NCBI GenBank assembly: GCA_965226885.1
Contig: CBDDEL010000017.1
Coordinates: forward strand, 224,001-288,000
Origin: Opitutales bacterium
GTDB lineage: Bacteria; Verrucomicrobiota; Verrucomicrobiia; Opitutales; UBA2987
DNA length: 64,000 bases
Reading direction: 5' to 3'
Shown: one piece after another, positions 1 to 9,987 of the stretch
Layout: each line of letters begins with the position of its first letter
Position numbering within the stretch: position 1 is the first letter of the stretch
Notes under the pieces: generated by a model
What the model was told of the DNA's origin: nothing
Seen by the model: only the letters and a program-made list of their open reading frames with translations
Database searches by the model: none
Program-made: the position numbers and the translations under genes

Positions 1-1
1 C

Positions 2-190
2 GTCGTCTCGGCCCTGCGGGTGGGGGGACTGACTCGTGAGGCCATCGCCCAGTATCTCTATCCTCAGGAAGACTACGGGAGCAGAACCTTCCGGCTGGAC
101 GGCCATCCACACCTGCGTCACGTCCGTGTGGCCGCCCCTGACCTCGGTGCCTACAGCGAACTGCTCAAGATTCCAGGAGGGGCTTTATGA
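2..190 (+). CDS. istA: IS21-family transposase IstA, C-terminal end (runs off window start)
   Basis: Frame 2 is open from base 2 (VVSALRVGG...PDLGAYSELLKIPGGAL*). Its stop overlaps the istB start (ATGA, 187-190), as is typical of IS21. Confidence 0.8.
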   Translation, partial: VVSALRVGGLTREAIAQYLYPQEDYGSRTFRLDGHPHLRHVRVAAPDLGAYSELLKIPGGAL

Positions 191-954
191 AGGAAGAAAA
201 AAACCAGCTGCTGTTACACCATCACCTCAAGAAACTGAAGTTGCCCACCATCCTGCGCGAATGGCCGGCGGTGGCCGCGGCTTGTTCCCGGGACCGGCTC
301 GATTACGCCGCCTTTTTGTTGCATCTGGTCGAACGGGAGCTCATTGAACGCGAACAGCGGGCCGCCCAGCGGCGGATCAAAAACGCCCGTTTCCCCGTGC
401 TCAAGACCCTCGAGAGCTTCGCCTTTGAAGCGCAGCCCTCGATCAACGAAGCGCTCATCCGAGAGCTCATGCGCGGGGAGTATGTCGACCAGCGCGAAAA
501 CGTGCTGCTCCTCGGTAACGCCGGTACCGGTAAAACGCACCTGGCCACCGCCCTGGGCTTTGCCGCCTGTGCCCAGGGCCGGCGGATCCGTTTCTTCGGG
601 GTCACCGCCCTGGTTACCCATATGCTCGAGCAACGCGACAACCACGACCTGCAGCGCTTCATGAAGCAACTCGAAAGGCTCGACCTACTCATCCTCGACG
701 AACTCGGTTACGTCCCTTTTTCCAAGACCGGTTCCGAACTGCTCTTCGACGTGGTCAGCCGCGCTTACGAGCGCACCAGTCTCATCGTCACCACCAACCT
801 GCCCTTTGAGAACTGGATCGAAGTGCTCGGTTCCGAACGGCTCACCGGAGCTCTGCTGGACCGACTCACCCATCGGGTGCATATCCTCGAAGCCAACGGG
901 CAAAGCTACCGCTTGCGCGATGCTCGACGCCGTCGCCGTGGCACAAAACAATAA
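187..954 (+). CDS. istB: IS21-family ATP-binding helper protein IstB
   Basis: Walker A GNAGTGKT, Walker B LLILDELGY, TTNLPF..W and ALLDRLTH motifs. Confidence 0.95.
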   Translation: MKEEKNQLLLHHHLKKLKLPTILREWPAVAAACSRDRLDYAAFLLHLVERELIEREQRAAQRRIKNARFPVLKTLESFAFEAQPSINEALIRELMRGEYVDQRENVLLLGNAGTGKTHLATALGFAACAQGRRIRFFGVTALVTHMLEQRDNHDLQRFMKQLERLDLLILDELGYVPFSKTGSELLFDVVSRAYERTSLIVTTNLPFENWIEVLGSERLTGALLDRLTHRVHILEANGQSYRLRDARRRRRGTKQ

Positions 955-1063
955 ACGCCTTGGGCCCGGCTCGTCGGCCTCCGGCCTCCTCACCGACCCC
1001 AAGCCAATCCCCAAAACCAACTCCCAAACCCTAAACCTTGACGTACCTGCAATTACTAACCTA

Positions 1064-2880
1064 GAGGCTGTCCCAAAAATATAAAGATTTTATAGTCAAC
1101 TGGATGACGTTGATAAAAAGAGCCGGAAAGAGCAAGTTTTTGCTCGATCCGGCCAAAAAAGGGTTCTATAATTGAGTTAGCGAAAATCAATATAGCCCTT
1201 TCTATGAAAAATATAGCCATCCAATGCCTCCTGCGTCCAGCTTTAACTGTGGTCGACCGGTGCCTCGATGACGATAACTTCCGCGCCACCATTGATCGAA
1301 TCGATCGGCTGCTGATCGACTCGGAGGTGGAATCGCAGGCCATTGAGCTGGCCTTGGAGGGGTGGCAGCCAATGGGTCTAAAGGCCCGGCGGCAGCGGGC
1401 CAGTTTTGCCATCAAGGCACTGCGCATGGATACGCTGGGCCGTCTGCTCGGAGGGATTTCGTTTCGGCATTTGTCGCGGGCTCTGGGCAGCAGCGATCTG
1501 TTGGCCGACTTTTGCCGTGTCCGGCAGATCGATGGCATCAGGGGCATCTCCAAAAGCACCCTGGAGCGGGCCTCGAAGTTTTTCAGCGAAGAGCAGTTGA
1601 GGGCCTTGCACCGGACCTTGACTGAGGTGGTGGGCGATGCCCTTCTGGCCCGGCAGGTGGGATTGGACAAGCCGATTGACACCACCATTTGCCTGATCGA
1701 CGGCACCTGTTTGGAGGCTAACATTCATTGGCCGACGGACTGGGTATTACTCAAGGATGTAGCCGGCACGTTGCTCAAAGCGATCCGGCTGATCCGCGAG
1801 AAGGCCGGTTTGCGCCATCGCATGCCGATCGAACCGGAGCCCTTGGCTCGGCAGATGAATCGGCTGTGCATACAGATGACCCACAGCCGGCGGCGAAAGG
1901 ACAGCGCGCGGCAGCGCAAGGGTATCTTGAGGCAGATGAAAAAGCTGCTCAAACGGATCGGGGAGCATGCCCGCAGTCACCGGGAATTATTGCAAGCCTG
2001 CTGGGAGCAAGGCGATTACAGCGAAAAACAGGTCCAACAGATCCTCGCCCGGATGGAGCGCATGAGCGAGCAAATCCCGGTGGTCATCAAACAGGCGCAC
2101 GAGCGGATCATTGGCGGCCGCCAGGTGAAAAACGCAGAGAAAGTCTTGAGTGTTTACGAACTCGATGGGCAGGTGATTGTGCGAGGTAAAGCGGGCCAAG
2201 AGGTCGAGTTCGGCAACACCCTGTTTTTGGGAGAAAGCGTTGAAGGGTACCTGCTGGACTGGAAACTCTACGGCAGCCGAACTCCAAGCGAAAATGAACA
2301 AATGCAAGAGAGTTTGCAAAGACAGAACCGCTTCAACCTGGAAGAACCCATAGCGGCCATGTGCGCGGACCGGGGATTTGCCTCCCAGCGGGCCCGCCGG
2401 CAGTTAGCCCAGGAGGGAATCTACGACGCGCTCTGTCCACGCGATCCGAAGCAGTTGAAAAAACGGATGGAGGAACCACTGTTCAGACAATTGCAAAAGC
2501 GCCGGGCCAGCACCGAAGGGCGGATCGGGGTATTGAAGAATCGCTGGCAGGCCGGGCGGTTGCGCAGCAAAGGCTTTGCCAACCGCTCGATCAGCGTAGC
2601 CTGGTCGGTACTCTCGCACAACCTATGGAAAGTAGCCAAGATGCTGGCCCAGCAAGACGAACTAAAAACCAAAGCGGCGGCCTAGAGAGCGGAAAAGCAA
2701 GGACAATACTTTTTCACAGCCTTACTGTCGGCTCATACAAAGAAAACCAGGCAACCGGACCCCAAAACCAGTATCCTAACGTCATAGGAGAGCAAAGTTG
2801 ATACTCTCCCAAATGCAAATACCTCTAAAATGAGCGCCTATCAAAAGCCCTCGCAAAAATCACCCTTTTGGGACAGCCTC
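1064..2880 (+). mobile_element. IS5-like DDE insertion sequence, complete
   Basis: Perfect 15-bp terminal IRs GAGGCTGTCCCAAAA (1064-1078) and TTTTGGGACAGCCTC (2866-2880), flanked by TA on both sides. Confidence 0.9.
1204..2685 (+). CDS. DDE transposase (IS5-like)
   Basis: IDGTCLEANIHWPTD, GKAGQEVEFG, ADRGF and R..TEGRIG motifs; lies between the IRs. Confidence 0.9.
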   Translation: MKNIAIQCLLRPALTVVDRCLDDDNFRATIDRIDRLLIDSEVESQAIELALEGWQPMGLKARRQRASFAIKALRMDTLGRLLGGISFRHLSRALGSSDLLADFCRVRQIDGIRGISKSTLERASKFFSEEQLRALHRTLTEVVGDALLARQVGLDKPIDTTICLIDGTCLEANIHWPTDWVLLKDVAGTLLKAIRLIREKAGLRHRMPIEPEPLARQMNRLCIQMTHSRRRKDSARQRKGILRQMKKLLKRIGEHARSHRELLQACWEQGDYSEKQVQQILARMERMSEQIPVVIKQAHERIIGGRQVKNAEKVLSVYELDGQVIVRGKAGQEVEFGNTLFLGESVEGYLLDWKLYGSRTPSENEQMQESLQRQNRFNLEEPIAAMCADRGFASQRARRQLAQEGIYDALCPRDPKQLKKRMEEPLFRQLQKRRASTEGRIGVLKNRWQAGRLRSKGFANRSISVAWSVLSHNLWKVAKMLAQQDELKTKAAA

Positions 2881-2998
2881 TAACCTAAACCTTATTCCAA
2901 GCGTACCGGTTTTACCACGACCCCCGTACCGGTTTCATCCCGGCGTTTACACATGGAGGAAAGGGAATGTTGCCATTTATGAGCAAATCAAAGAAAAC

Positions 2999-3223
2999 AT
3001 GAGCGACTGGCAGATAGTCAAAAAACGGCTTGAGGCGATCCTAGACGCCCCAGATGCCCCCATCGCAAAATGCGAAGCGGCCAAGAGGCTCGGAATGTCC
3101 CACAGCGCACTACATTTCTACCTGTGGAGAGGGACTTCAATGCCAAACTACAACCTTGGATGTCAGTTTCTGAGGCTGGCCAAATTGCTTGAAAACAAAT
3201 CCCAATACTCGCCTATAAAATAG
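2999..3223 (+). CDS. small putative HTH DNA-binding protein (Cro/Xre-like)
   Basis: 74 aa with an EAAKRLGMSHSALHFYLW helix-turn-helix-like pattern. Confidence 0.45.
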   Translation: MSDWQIVKKRLEAILDAPDAPIAKCEAAKRLGMSHSALHFYLWRGTSMPNYNLGCQFLRLAKLLENKSQYSPIK

Positions 3224-3930
3224 GGATAACCCATTATCACAATATCCCTTTTGATGTGCCGGGAAGGAAGAAACCGACTCCATCCTGAATCACTACTTGA
3301 AGGCCCTTGTAGGCTTCCTTTTTCAATATTTCCGATTGCCCTTACCCCGTTTGCCCGTCTATCCTCACATTTCACTCAAAGGGCCGACAGGCTCAATAAC
3401 CCCCAAAAGGAATTTTTATGGAAGAAGAAGGCTGCTGCGGTTGCTTCGTACTGCTGATCCTGCTTTCCCCGTTTATAGGTAGTGGGTGGTTTATTTATGA
3501 TGGGTATTACATTCGCGATCTTCCGGTTGAGGAGATTGAAGCATATGGCGTACAATCTAGCAAAATCGTTTCCTCTTCAGTTCTAGAATATTATGACCTC
3601 GAATTGCCGAACAAAGGGACAGAATTTGCTATTATGCTCTCCATTGACAATGCCAGTGATTATATTATTCGCCAGATTTACTTCAGTGGTAATTTAACTG
3701 GCCCCTATGATAATACTATTCATGTGAGTAACCATTGTTTTCGTGATAGGTCCAAAGATTTTAGACTCATTCCTGATGCAGTTGGAGAAAATTGGTGTGC
3801 AGTGCCTCTATCAGGCACAGGTTTAACATTTATTGAGTACTCAAGCGAATTGCATATGCGAATTGCATATTGATAGTGATGTGCACTGGAAAAAGTGGAC
3901 ACGAGATTCTCCTAAATGGAGAATCGAAGC

Positions 3931-4227
3931 ATGGGAAGAAGACGCTTTAGTATAGAGTTCAAAAATGAGGCAGTTCAACTGATGATACTCGATGGTCTGA
4001 GCGCCACCGAGGTATCGACCAAACTTGGGGTCAACACCAACCAATTGTATAGGTGGAAGAGGCTCTATCTGGACGATCAGCAGGGCGAAGCCACCTCAAA
4101 GCGACAGAGCAGTCCGAAGGAGATGGCGGCCGAGATAGATCGTCTTCGCAAAGAGCTGCGCCGCTCGGAGCGGATCAACCAGATACTAAAAAAAACGGTG
4201 GGCTACTTTGCCAAGGACGAACAATGA
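3931..4227 (+). CDS. IS3 transposase OrfA
   Basis: RRFSIEFKNEAV HTH and a leucine-zipper-like C-terminus; A-run slippery site near 4187-4195. Confidence 0.9.
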   Translation: MGRRRFSIEFKNEAVQLMILDGLSATEVSTKLGVNTNQLYRWKRLYLDDQQGEATSKRQSSPKEMAAEIDRLRKELRRSERINQILKKTVGYFAKDEQ

Positions 4228-5141
4228 AGTACCAGTTTGTCAAAGACAACGAGGGGCGCTTCAAGATCGAGGAAATATGCTCGGCGATGGGGATTTGTCG
4301 CAGTGGCTATTACTGCTGGAGGCACCGAGCGCCCTCGGCCCGGCGGATCGAGGACGAGGGAATCAAGGGGGCGATCCTGAAGGTACACAAAGAGGCCAAG
4401 GGCCGCTATGGGCATCGGCCAATGCACCGCCATCTGAAGGATGATGAGGGCATCGATTGCGGCCGTGACCGGGCTCTGCGTCTGATGCGTGAAATGGGAA
4501 TCAAAAGCACCCAGAGTAAACGCTTTAAGCCATTAAAAACCAACAGTAACCATCCCTATGGTTACAGCCCCAATGTGCTTAAAAAGCATGGCCAGCCGAC
4601 CCATATCGACGAGGTCTGGGTGGCGGACACGACCTACCTACGGACCCTGGCCGGTTGGATGTACTTGGCCACGGTGATGGACCTGTTCAGCCGACGCCTG
4701 CTGGGCTGGAGCGTTTCCAACCACAACGACGCGAAGCTGGTTGGCAAGGCCCTCAAAGCCGCGGCCATGACCCGCGGCACACTGCGCACCGGGATTATTC
4801 ATCACAGCGATCGGGGCAGCCCCTACGCCAGCGACGACTATCAGAGGCTGGTCTCTGAACTAGGCATGAAGCCGAGCATGAGCGCCCAAGGCAACTGCTA
4901 CGACAACGCGGCCATGGAATCGTTCTACGGCCGCTTCAAGACCAGCACGATTCGAGGCCGCCACTTTGCCGACGAGCGCGAACTGCGATCAACTGTCTTC
5001 GAATACGTGGAAATCTTCTACAACCGATATCGCAAACATTCCTCTCTGAGTTACCAAAGCCCAGTCCAATTCGAGGAAAATATTTGCCCCCCATGGGGGG
5101 CAACGAGAAAACAAAACCCTTTACCAAAACAAGCCGCCTGA
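4224..5141 (+). CDS. IS3 transposase OrfB (integrase core)
   Basis: WVADTTY, HHSDRGSPY and CYDNAAMESF DDE motifs. Confidence 0.95.
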   Translation: MKYQFVKDNEGRFKIEEICSAMGICRSGYYCWRHRAPSARRIEDEGIKGAILKVHKEAKGRYGHRPMHRHLKDDEGIDCGRDRALRLMREMGIKSTQSKRFKPLKTNSNHPYGYSPNVLKKHGQPTHIDEVWVADTTYLRTLAGWMYLATVMDLFSRRLLGWSVSNHNDAKLVGKALKAAAMTRGTLRTGIIHHSDRGSPYASDDYQRLVSELGMKPSMSAQGNCYDNAAMESFYGRFKTSTIRGRHFADERELRSTVFEYVEIFYNRYRKHSSLSYQSPVQFEENICPPWGATRKQNPLPKQAA

Positions 5142-5284
5142 CACACTAATCAATAAACAATGAATATAAGAGAATCCCGTGTCCAACAAATCCAGTACAC
5201 GTCATAGCGGCAATCTGAGTTACAAAGGACACCATGGTCCACGCAAAATCGTAAAAGCCCCCATTGATTGGATTTCATCACTTT

Positions 5285-5313
5285 TTGAGCCTGTCAATGA
5301 ATGAGGCTATAAT
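5285..5313 (+). promoter_or_regulatory. sigma70-type promoter
   Basis: TTGAGC (5285-5290), 17-bp spacer, perfect TATAAT (5308-5313). Confidence 0.55.
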
Positions 5314-5319
5314 TCTTGC

Positions 5320-5483
5320 AGACTCATACCCTCTGGGACAGGGGGCTTATTTCGCAGCTTTCTGTGAATCCCCTTGCCGTGGATTCCGATTGAAGTCAGA
5401 TTGCCAAACGGGGACACCGACTAATGCCAAAGATTGACTGGCTGTCCCTGGGCCGCCTACCAAGCAGGGCGGCCCTTTCTTTT
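5320..5483 (+). ncRNA. candidate structured small RNA, family unknown
   Basis: Bracketed by a promoter and a terminator. Closing stem GGGACAG/CTGTCCC and internal hairpin GAATCC/GGATTC; no convincing ORF. Confidence 0.4.
5450..5483 (+). terminator. intrinsic terminator
   Basis: GGGCCGCC-loop-GGCGGCCC followed by TTTCTTTT. Confidence 0.75.
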
Positions 5484-5876
5484 ATCCCGCTCAAAGGCAG
5501 CAACGCATGATCGACCCGTAGGGCCTGAGACCACTTAGGACAGCCGCTAGCATGGGTGTAAACCGAAATAGGGTATATGGTAGCCTTTTAAGCATAAAAG
5601 GCCCGTAATCGCTTATAAAATACGGATTATACCCCACTTTTCATATACCCTTTTAAGTTGCCGCGGAGAGAGAGGACTTCTACCGATCCTGAGCTTCATA
5701 TATTTATCAAATTAAATTTGACACAAAATGAATGGTGGTTGCCCCCGATGTTTCATTCTGGGCATTCACCCCCTAAACCGCCAAAATTCCCTTGGAACAA
5801 GCCAGCCGCGCCCGGTAGTTCCCCTTTTTAAGGAACGGTATGAGGGTAAGGCGGAAGCTCCATGAACATGGAAGTC

Positions 5877-6878
5877 CTAACGGTAAATGTGTGGCCCAAA
5901 ATCGGCCTCATAATAAGGAGAAACACTACCCCCGGGCGTGGTGACCGAATCGATCCCCATTCGGTCCTCATCCGTAATATCCACCTCCAGCGCCTTGAGA
6001 TTGTCCTCCAGCTGCTCCAGGGTGCGCGGCCCGATGATCGGACTGGTCACACCCGGCTGCGCCATAACCCAAGCCAAGGCATATTGCGACGAAGACACGC
6101 CTTTTGCTTCCGCCATGGACTTAATGGCCGCGGCCGTATCCAAAGCCGCATCGTTACAACGTAGATTTTTACCTTTATTCGGGTTGTCAAAGCGGGAGCC
6201 TCCCGGCGGTGGCCGGCCTTTAGCGTACTTGCCCGTGAGAATCCCTCCAGCAAGAGGGCTCCAGGGAATTATCGCCATGCTATAGGTCCGCGCCATAGGC
6301 AGGAGTTCTCGCTCAATGCGGCGGTCAAGTAAATTATAAGGAGGCTGCTCGCACACAAACCGGTTTAACCCCAGCTCCTTGGCCACCCATAGCGACTCCA
6401 TAACTTGCCACGCCGCATGGGTGCTTGTTCCAATGTAACGCACCTTACCCGCGCGGATCAGGTCGTCCAGCGCACGCAATGTCTCATCTATGGGGATATT
6501 CGACTGAGGGCGGTGAATCTGATAAAGGTCGATCCAGTCCGTCTGCAAACGCTTCAAGCTGGCATCGCATTGCTCGATGATATGCCGGCGCGAGTTCCCC
6601 TGCATGTTGGGATCATCGTCCGCCATCACTCCATGCACCTTGGTGGCCAGGAAAACACGGTTGCGCTGTCCGTTGCGCTTGAGCGCCTCGCCCGTGATTT
6701 CCTCACTCCGGCCCCGGCCGTAAACATTGGCCGTATCCAGAAAATTAAGCCCCGCGTCGAGTGCGCGGTCGATGATACGGTAGGAATCCTCCGGATCGGT
6801 TTTCCTGCCAAACATCATGCACCCGAGGCATAACGGGCATACTTTCACGCCAGTGCGTCCAAAATTTCGGTAATTCAT
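5877..6878 (-). CDS. aldo/keto reductase
   Basis: LCLGCMMFG, DTANVYG, DLYQIH, EQPPYNLL and PWSPLAGG motifs. Probable start is MNYRNFG at 6878. Confidence 0.92.
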   Translation of the reverse strand: MNYRNFGRTGVKVCPLCLGCMMFGRKTDPEDSYRIIDRALDAGLNFLDTANVYGRGRSEEITGEALKRNGQRNRVFLATKVHGVMADDDPNMQGNSRRHIIEQCDASLKRLQTDWIDLYQIHRPQSNIPIDETLRALDDLIRAGKVRYIGTSTHAAWQVMESLWVAKELGLNRFVCEQPPYNLLDRRIERELLPMARTYSMAIIPWSPLAGGILTGKYAKGRPPPGGSRFDNPNKGKNLRCNDAALDTAAAIKSMAEAKGVSSSQYALAWVMAQPGVTSPIIGPRTLEQLEDNLKALEVDITDEDRMGIDSVTTPGGSVSPYYEADFGPHIYR

Positions 6879-7123
6879 AATATAATCGGTATTTCCAATA
6901 TGATGAGTATGAATCGTTAAAATTATTGACCTCTGACCTTTGGAGCTTTCGAGTGATTTTTGCTCCTTTAAATACGTATTGGCAATCGTTTTTTCTTGGT
7001 ATCTGCCAGGTCGATTAGTGTGTCTTCGGCCTTCTTTGGACAAGATCAGGCAACAGAAAGCAGAACTTCAAAAAGCTGATAATCCAGACTACTGGACATA
7101 CTACCCTTGCACCCCCTGAAAAT

Positions 7124-7630
7124 TCAGGAGCCTTTTTGTCTTGCTGCCATTTTAAGGAAGATACCTGGTCCATGAATTTCCCTAAGCATTTTCCGACGAA
7201 GGGCCACAGCCATTTTAAAGGCTTTTTCCTCCCCGTATTTGCGGACGGAGATTGAAGATGTTTTCTGTACTCCGGGGGAAGGGCTCCAAGTCACCGTGTA
7301 ACATTCATTAATGGTACCGTGACGAGTTCGTAAAGCTAAGCGGCTGACTCCCAAAACTCCGGTAGTATTTCGGGTATTACGAGAAATGATCCACCGCCCC
7401 TGAGACTTGGTGCGCTTGGTGGGAATTTGCGCTAGCTTTTCGTGGAGTTCATCCCGATACTGACGGGCTTCTTTCTGCGCCTTTCTTTTGCCCCTGCACT
7501 TCAGGTCGCTGAAAGATTTGGAATAGATTTTACCGTTTTTATACCCATTCACATCCCATCTGTGATTTGAACCCGAATCAACGCGGGTGATTCCTTTATT
7601 TCTTGGGTTTTTTCTTTTTCCTTTAGCCAT
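7124..7630 (-). CDS. tandem AP2-domain DNA-binding protein (paralog 1)
   Basis: Two AP2-like repeats (GITR...W.V...K.FS...GKRKA..EAR.YR and GVLGVS...W...SISVRKYGEEKAFKMAVALR); very basic. Confidence 0.75.
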   Translation of the reverse strand: MAKGKRKNPRNKGITRVDSGSNHRWDVNGYKNGKIYSKSFSDLKCRGKRKAQKEARQYRDELHEKLAQIPTKRTKSQGRWIISRNTRNTTGVLGVSRLALRTRHGTINECYTVTWSPSPGVQKTSSISVRKYGEEKAFKMAVALRRKMLREIHGPGIFLKMAARQKGS

Positions 7631-7637
7631 GACCTAG

Positions 7638-9210
7638 CCCGGAAATTTCATAAAAAAAGTATCGCTGATATGCTTATCTGCTGATATACAGCAGGATAGA
7701 TTAAACATTAAAGCAATATCAGCGATGACAAAAAGTAAACAATTAGAACTACAGTTGACAAGGGTAAAAGGCCGCCGTGTGCGGGTTGATTTTAAGGGCG
7801 GTGAGGTTACTTCGGATGCCGGGCTGCTTTTGATCCGGGAAGTGGATCGGCGGTTGGGCTTGACCGAGCAAGCGGCCCGGCAATTAGTAGACAAACGGCA
7901 GAAGGGCAAAGTGCGCCATGAGATGCTGGCCATGATCCGGCAGCGCGTTTACGGGCTGGTGGCGGGCTATGAGGATTTGAACGACTTTGACACCCTGCGC
8001 CGCGATCCTTTGTTGCAAACGGTAACGGGGCGCACTGAAGCGTTGGCCAGCGCGCCGACTTTGTGTCGTTTTGAAAACGGGCAGGATCGGCGGGCAGCCT
8101 TTGCCCTGAACGAGTTGCTGGTCGAACAGTTCATCGGATCCTTTGCCGAGGAACCCGAAGAGATCATCCTGGACTTTGACGCCACCGACAATCCGGTGCA
8201 CGGGCTCCAGGAGGGACGTTTTTTCCACGGTTATTATGATCATTACTGTTTTTTGCCGCTGTATGTTTTTTGCGGCGATCAGCTTCTGGTGGCCTACCTG
8301 CGGCCCAGCAAGATCGATGCGAGCAAGCATGCCGGGGCCATCCTCAAATTGCTGGTTAAACGGATTCGCCAAAGCTGGCCCCATACGCGGATTATTTGGC
8401 GTGCCGACAGCGGATTCTGCCGGGATCGGATTCTCTCGTGGTGCGAGCGCAACGAGGTTTATTTTATAGTGGGAACGGCCCGCCATGCACGCTTGCAGCA
8501 AGCGGCCCGGCAGTTGCAGGAGCAAGCCAAACAATGGTTTGAGGGTAGCGGCAAAAAGCAACGGCTGTTTCAGCACTTCGAGTATGGGGCAAAATCGTGG
8601 CGGCGCCAACGCCTTATCATCCACAAAGCCGAACACACCGCACAGGGGTCCAACCCGCGCTTCGTGGTGACGAACCTGCCGGGCGATCCCCAAGAGCTTT
8701 ACGACAAAGTATACTGTGGCCGCGGTGAGATGGAGAACCGGATCAAGGAACAGATGCAATTGTTCAGCGAACGCACCAGCGCGCATAAATGGTGGGCCAA
8801 CCAGTGGCGATTGCTCTTGTCGGGGCTGGCCTACACCTTGATGGAAGCCTTGCGCCGGTTCGCATTAAAAGGGACGAAGTGGGCGCGGCTCCAATGCCAC
8901 AGTCTACGGCTAAAATTAATCAAGATCGGAGCGGTCATCGTGCGCAACACCCGAACGATTCACTTTCATCTAAGTGAAAGTTATCCATGGGCCAGTCTTT
9001 TCAACCATGCGGCCCGCCGGTTGGTGCCAACCTAAAGGGCGCATTGGCGCTGCCCCCGGCGCTACCGAACCAATGGGGGAAAGGGGGAAGTGTCTCTACA
9101 CCCTGAAAAACACCTCAAAATCAAGACGATCCGCCCAAAATACAAAGAAATCCATCTCCATCTCCAATAGCAATAACGAGCCAAACTTTACCCTTCATGA
9201 AATATCCGGG
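7638..9210 (+). mobile_element. IS1380-family element, copy 1
   Basis: IRs CCCGGAAATTTCAT / ATGAAATATCCGGG with CTAG TSD (7634-7637 and 9211-9214). Confidence 0.95.
7725..9035 (+). CDS. IS1380-family transposase
   Basis: F.GGEVTSDAGLLL, GYEDLND, LDFDATD, FFHGYY, RADSGF and RGEMENRIKE motifs. Confidence 0.95.
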   Translation: MTKSKQLELQLTRVKGRRVRVDFKGGEVTSDAGLLLIREVDRRLGLTEQAARQLVDKRQKGKVRHEMLAMIRQRVYGLVAGYEDLNDFDTLRRDPLLQTVTGRTEALASAPTLCRFENGQDRRAAFALNELLVEQFIGSFAEEPEEIILDFDATDNPVHGLQEGRFFHGYYDHYCFLPLYVFCGDQLLVAYLRPSKIDASKHAGAILKLLVKRIRQSWPHTRIIWRADSGFCRDRILSWCERNEVYFIVGTARHARLQQAARQLQEQAKQWFEGSGKKQRLFQHFEYGAKSWRRQRLIIHKAEHTAQGSNPRFVVTNLPGDPQELYDKVYCGRGEMENRIKEQMQLFSERTSAHKWWANQWRLLLSGLAYTLMEALRRFALKGTKWARLQCHSLRLKLIKIGAVIVRNTRTIHFHLSESYPWASLFNHAARRLVPT

Positions 9211-9378
9211 CTAGCTGATTTAATGATCAGATGCCTAATTATTTATTGTACCCCTTACAAAATGCTTTGGCAATCGTCAACCCAGCCTTTCAGGCAAAAA
9301 AACATCGGGTCAATGGGCAACTGGCCCTTTATCCTCACCCCTATGGTTGATGCCCAAACGCCTATCTAACGATAGCTT

Positions 9379-9849
9379 TTAAAAATCGTGTATCCAGAGG
9401 TCGCATCCTCTAGGGGTCTTTTCAATGCAGGTGTATCCGGCTCTCTTGAACTCACGGAGCATCCCCGGGCGCATGAGCTTGATATTCTGCGTTTCGATTG
9501 CTATGCCTTCCGGCTTGTCTTTGATCTTCAGACCGCGAAAATGTTCGCGAGTTTTCCTTTCCATAAACCGCGCCATACCTGACACGCGATCGGCCGGCTG
9601 GACAAACATTCTGTAGGTATAGTATTGCTGGCCGGGATTTAGCATGAATGGGTAAACCGTTGACACACCGGCAAGCCGCCCAGCCTTATTTCTGGCAATT
9701 GAGGCAACCTGGGAAACCCGCGCTCTCGCCTCTCGAAGATTCATCAAGCCCTGGATGCCCATCCAAAAGTCAACCAATTCTTGAGCGAGTTCAGAATCGA
9801 CCTGGCCGTAAACGCACAAGATTCGATAGCCACTGTAGGTATATTCCAC
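9379..9849 (-). CDS. hypothetical protein, possibly GNAT-like fold
   Basis: 156-aa ORF with GTG start. The AGVSTVY...YRMFVQP pattern is loosely GNAT-like. Confidence 0.55.
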   Translation of the reverse strand: MEYTYSGYRILCVYGQVDSELAQELVDFWMGIQGLMNLREARARVSQVASIARNKAGRLAGVSTVYPFMLNPGQQYYTYRMFVQPADRVSGMARFMERKTREHFRGLKIKDKPEGIAIETQNIKLMRPGMLREFKRAGYTCIEKTPRGCDLWIHDF

Positions 9850-9987
9850 GCCTCTAACTTTTCCGTTGGCCTGACAATACTTTCAATTCAATAACGGGAA
9901 ATACAGAAGCGAAGGCGGCAATTCAGGCCGGACTGCAAGCAAGTTCGAGTTGCGCCTAATTCGTGCCAAGAATCGAATTTCTCAGGC

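Larger units (their letters stand above)
1..2951 (+). mobile_element. IS21-family element (right part), with an IS5-like element nested in its right end
   Basis: istA/istB present. Repeated CGTACCGGTTT boxes at 2902 and 2925 and a terminal ...TTTACA at 2951 resemble an IS21 right end. Confidence 0.75.
3877..5204 (+). mobile_element. IS3-family element A, copy 1 (intact)
   Basis: TG...CA ends with imperfect IRs (TGATGTGCACTGGA.../...TCCAGTACACGTCA), 3-bp TSD TAG, 1328 bp. Confidence 0.95.
3418..5304 (+). pseudogene. membrane-anchored hypothetical protein broken by a 13-bp duplication and an IS3 insertion
   Basis: ORF 3418-3873 has an N-terminal TM segment. Removing the tandem GCGAATTGCATAT copy and the IS3 plus TSD restores an open frame ...ELHIDSGNLSYKGHHG...EPVNE* ending near 5304. 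Confidence 0.6.

Noticed and set aside
5424..5510. 28-aa ORF MPKIDWLSLG... as a small toxin
   Set aside because: It has no hydrophobic TM segment, and it runs through the terminator.
6879..7043. N-terminal extension of the aldo/keto reductase in the ORF track
   Set aside because: Family similarity begins at MNYRNFG (6878); the extension is likely an upstream-start artefact.
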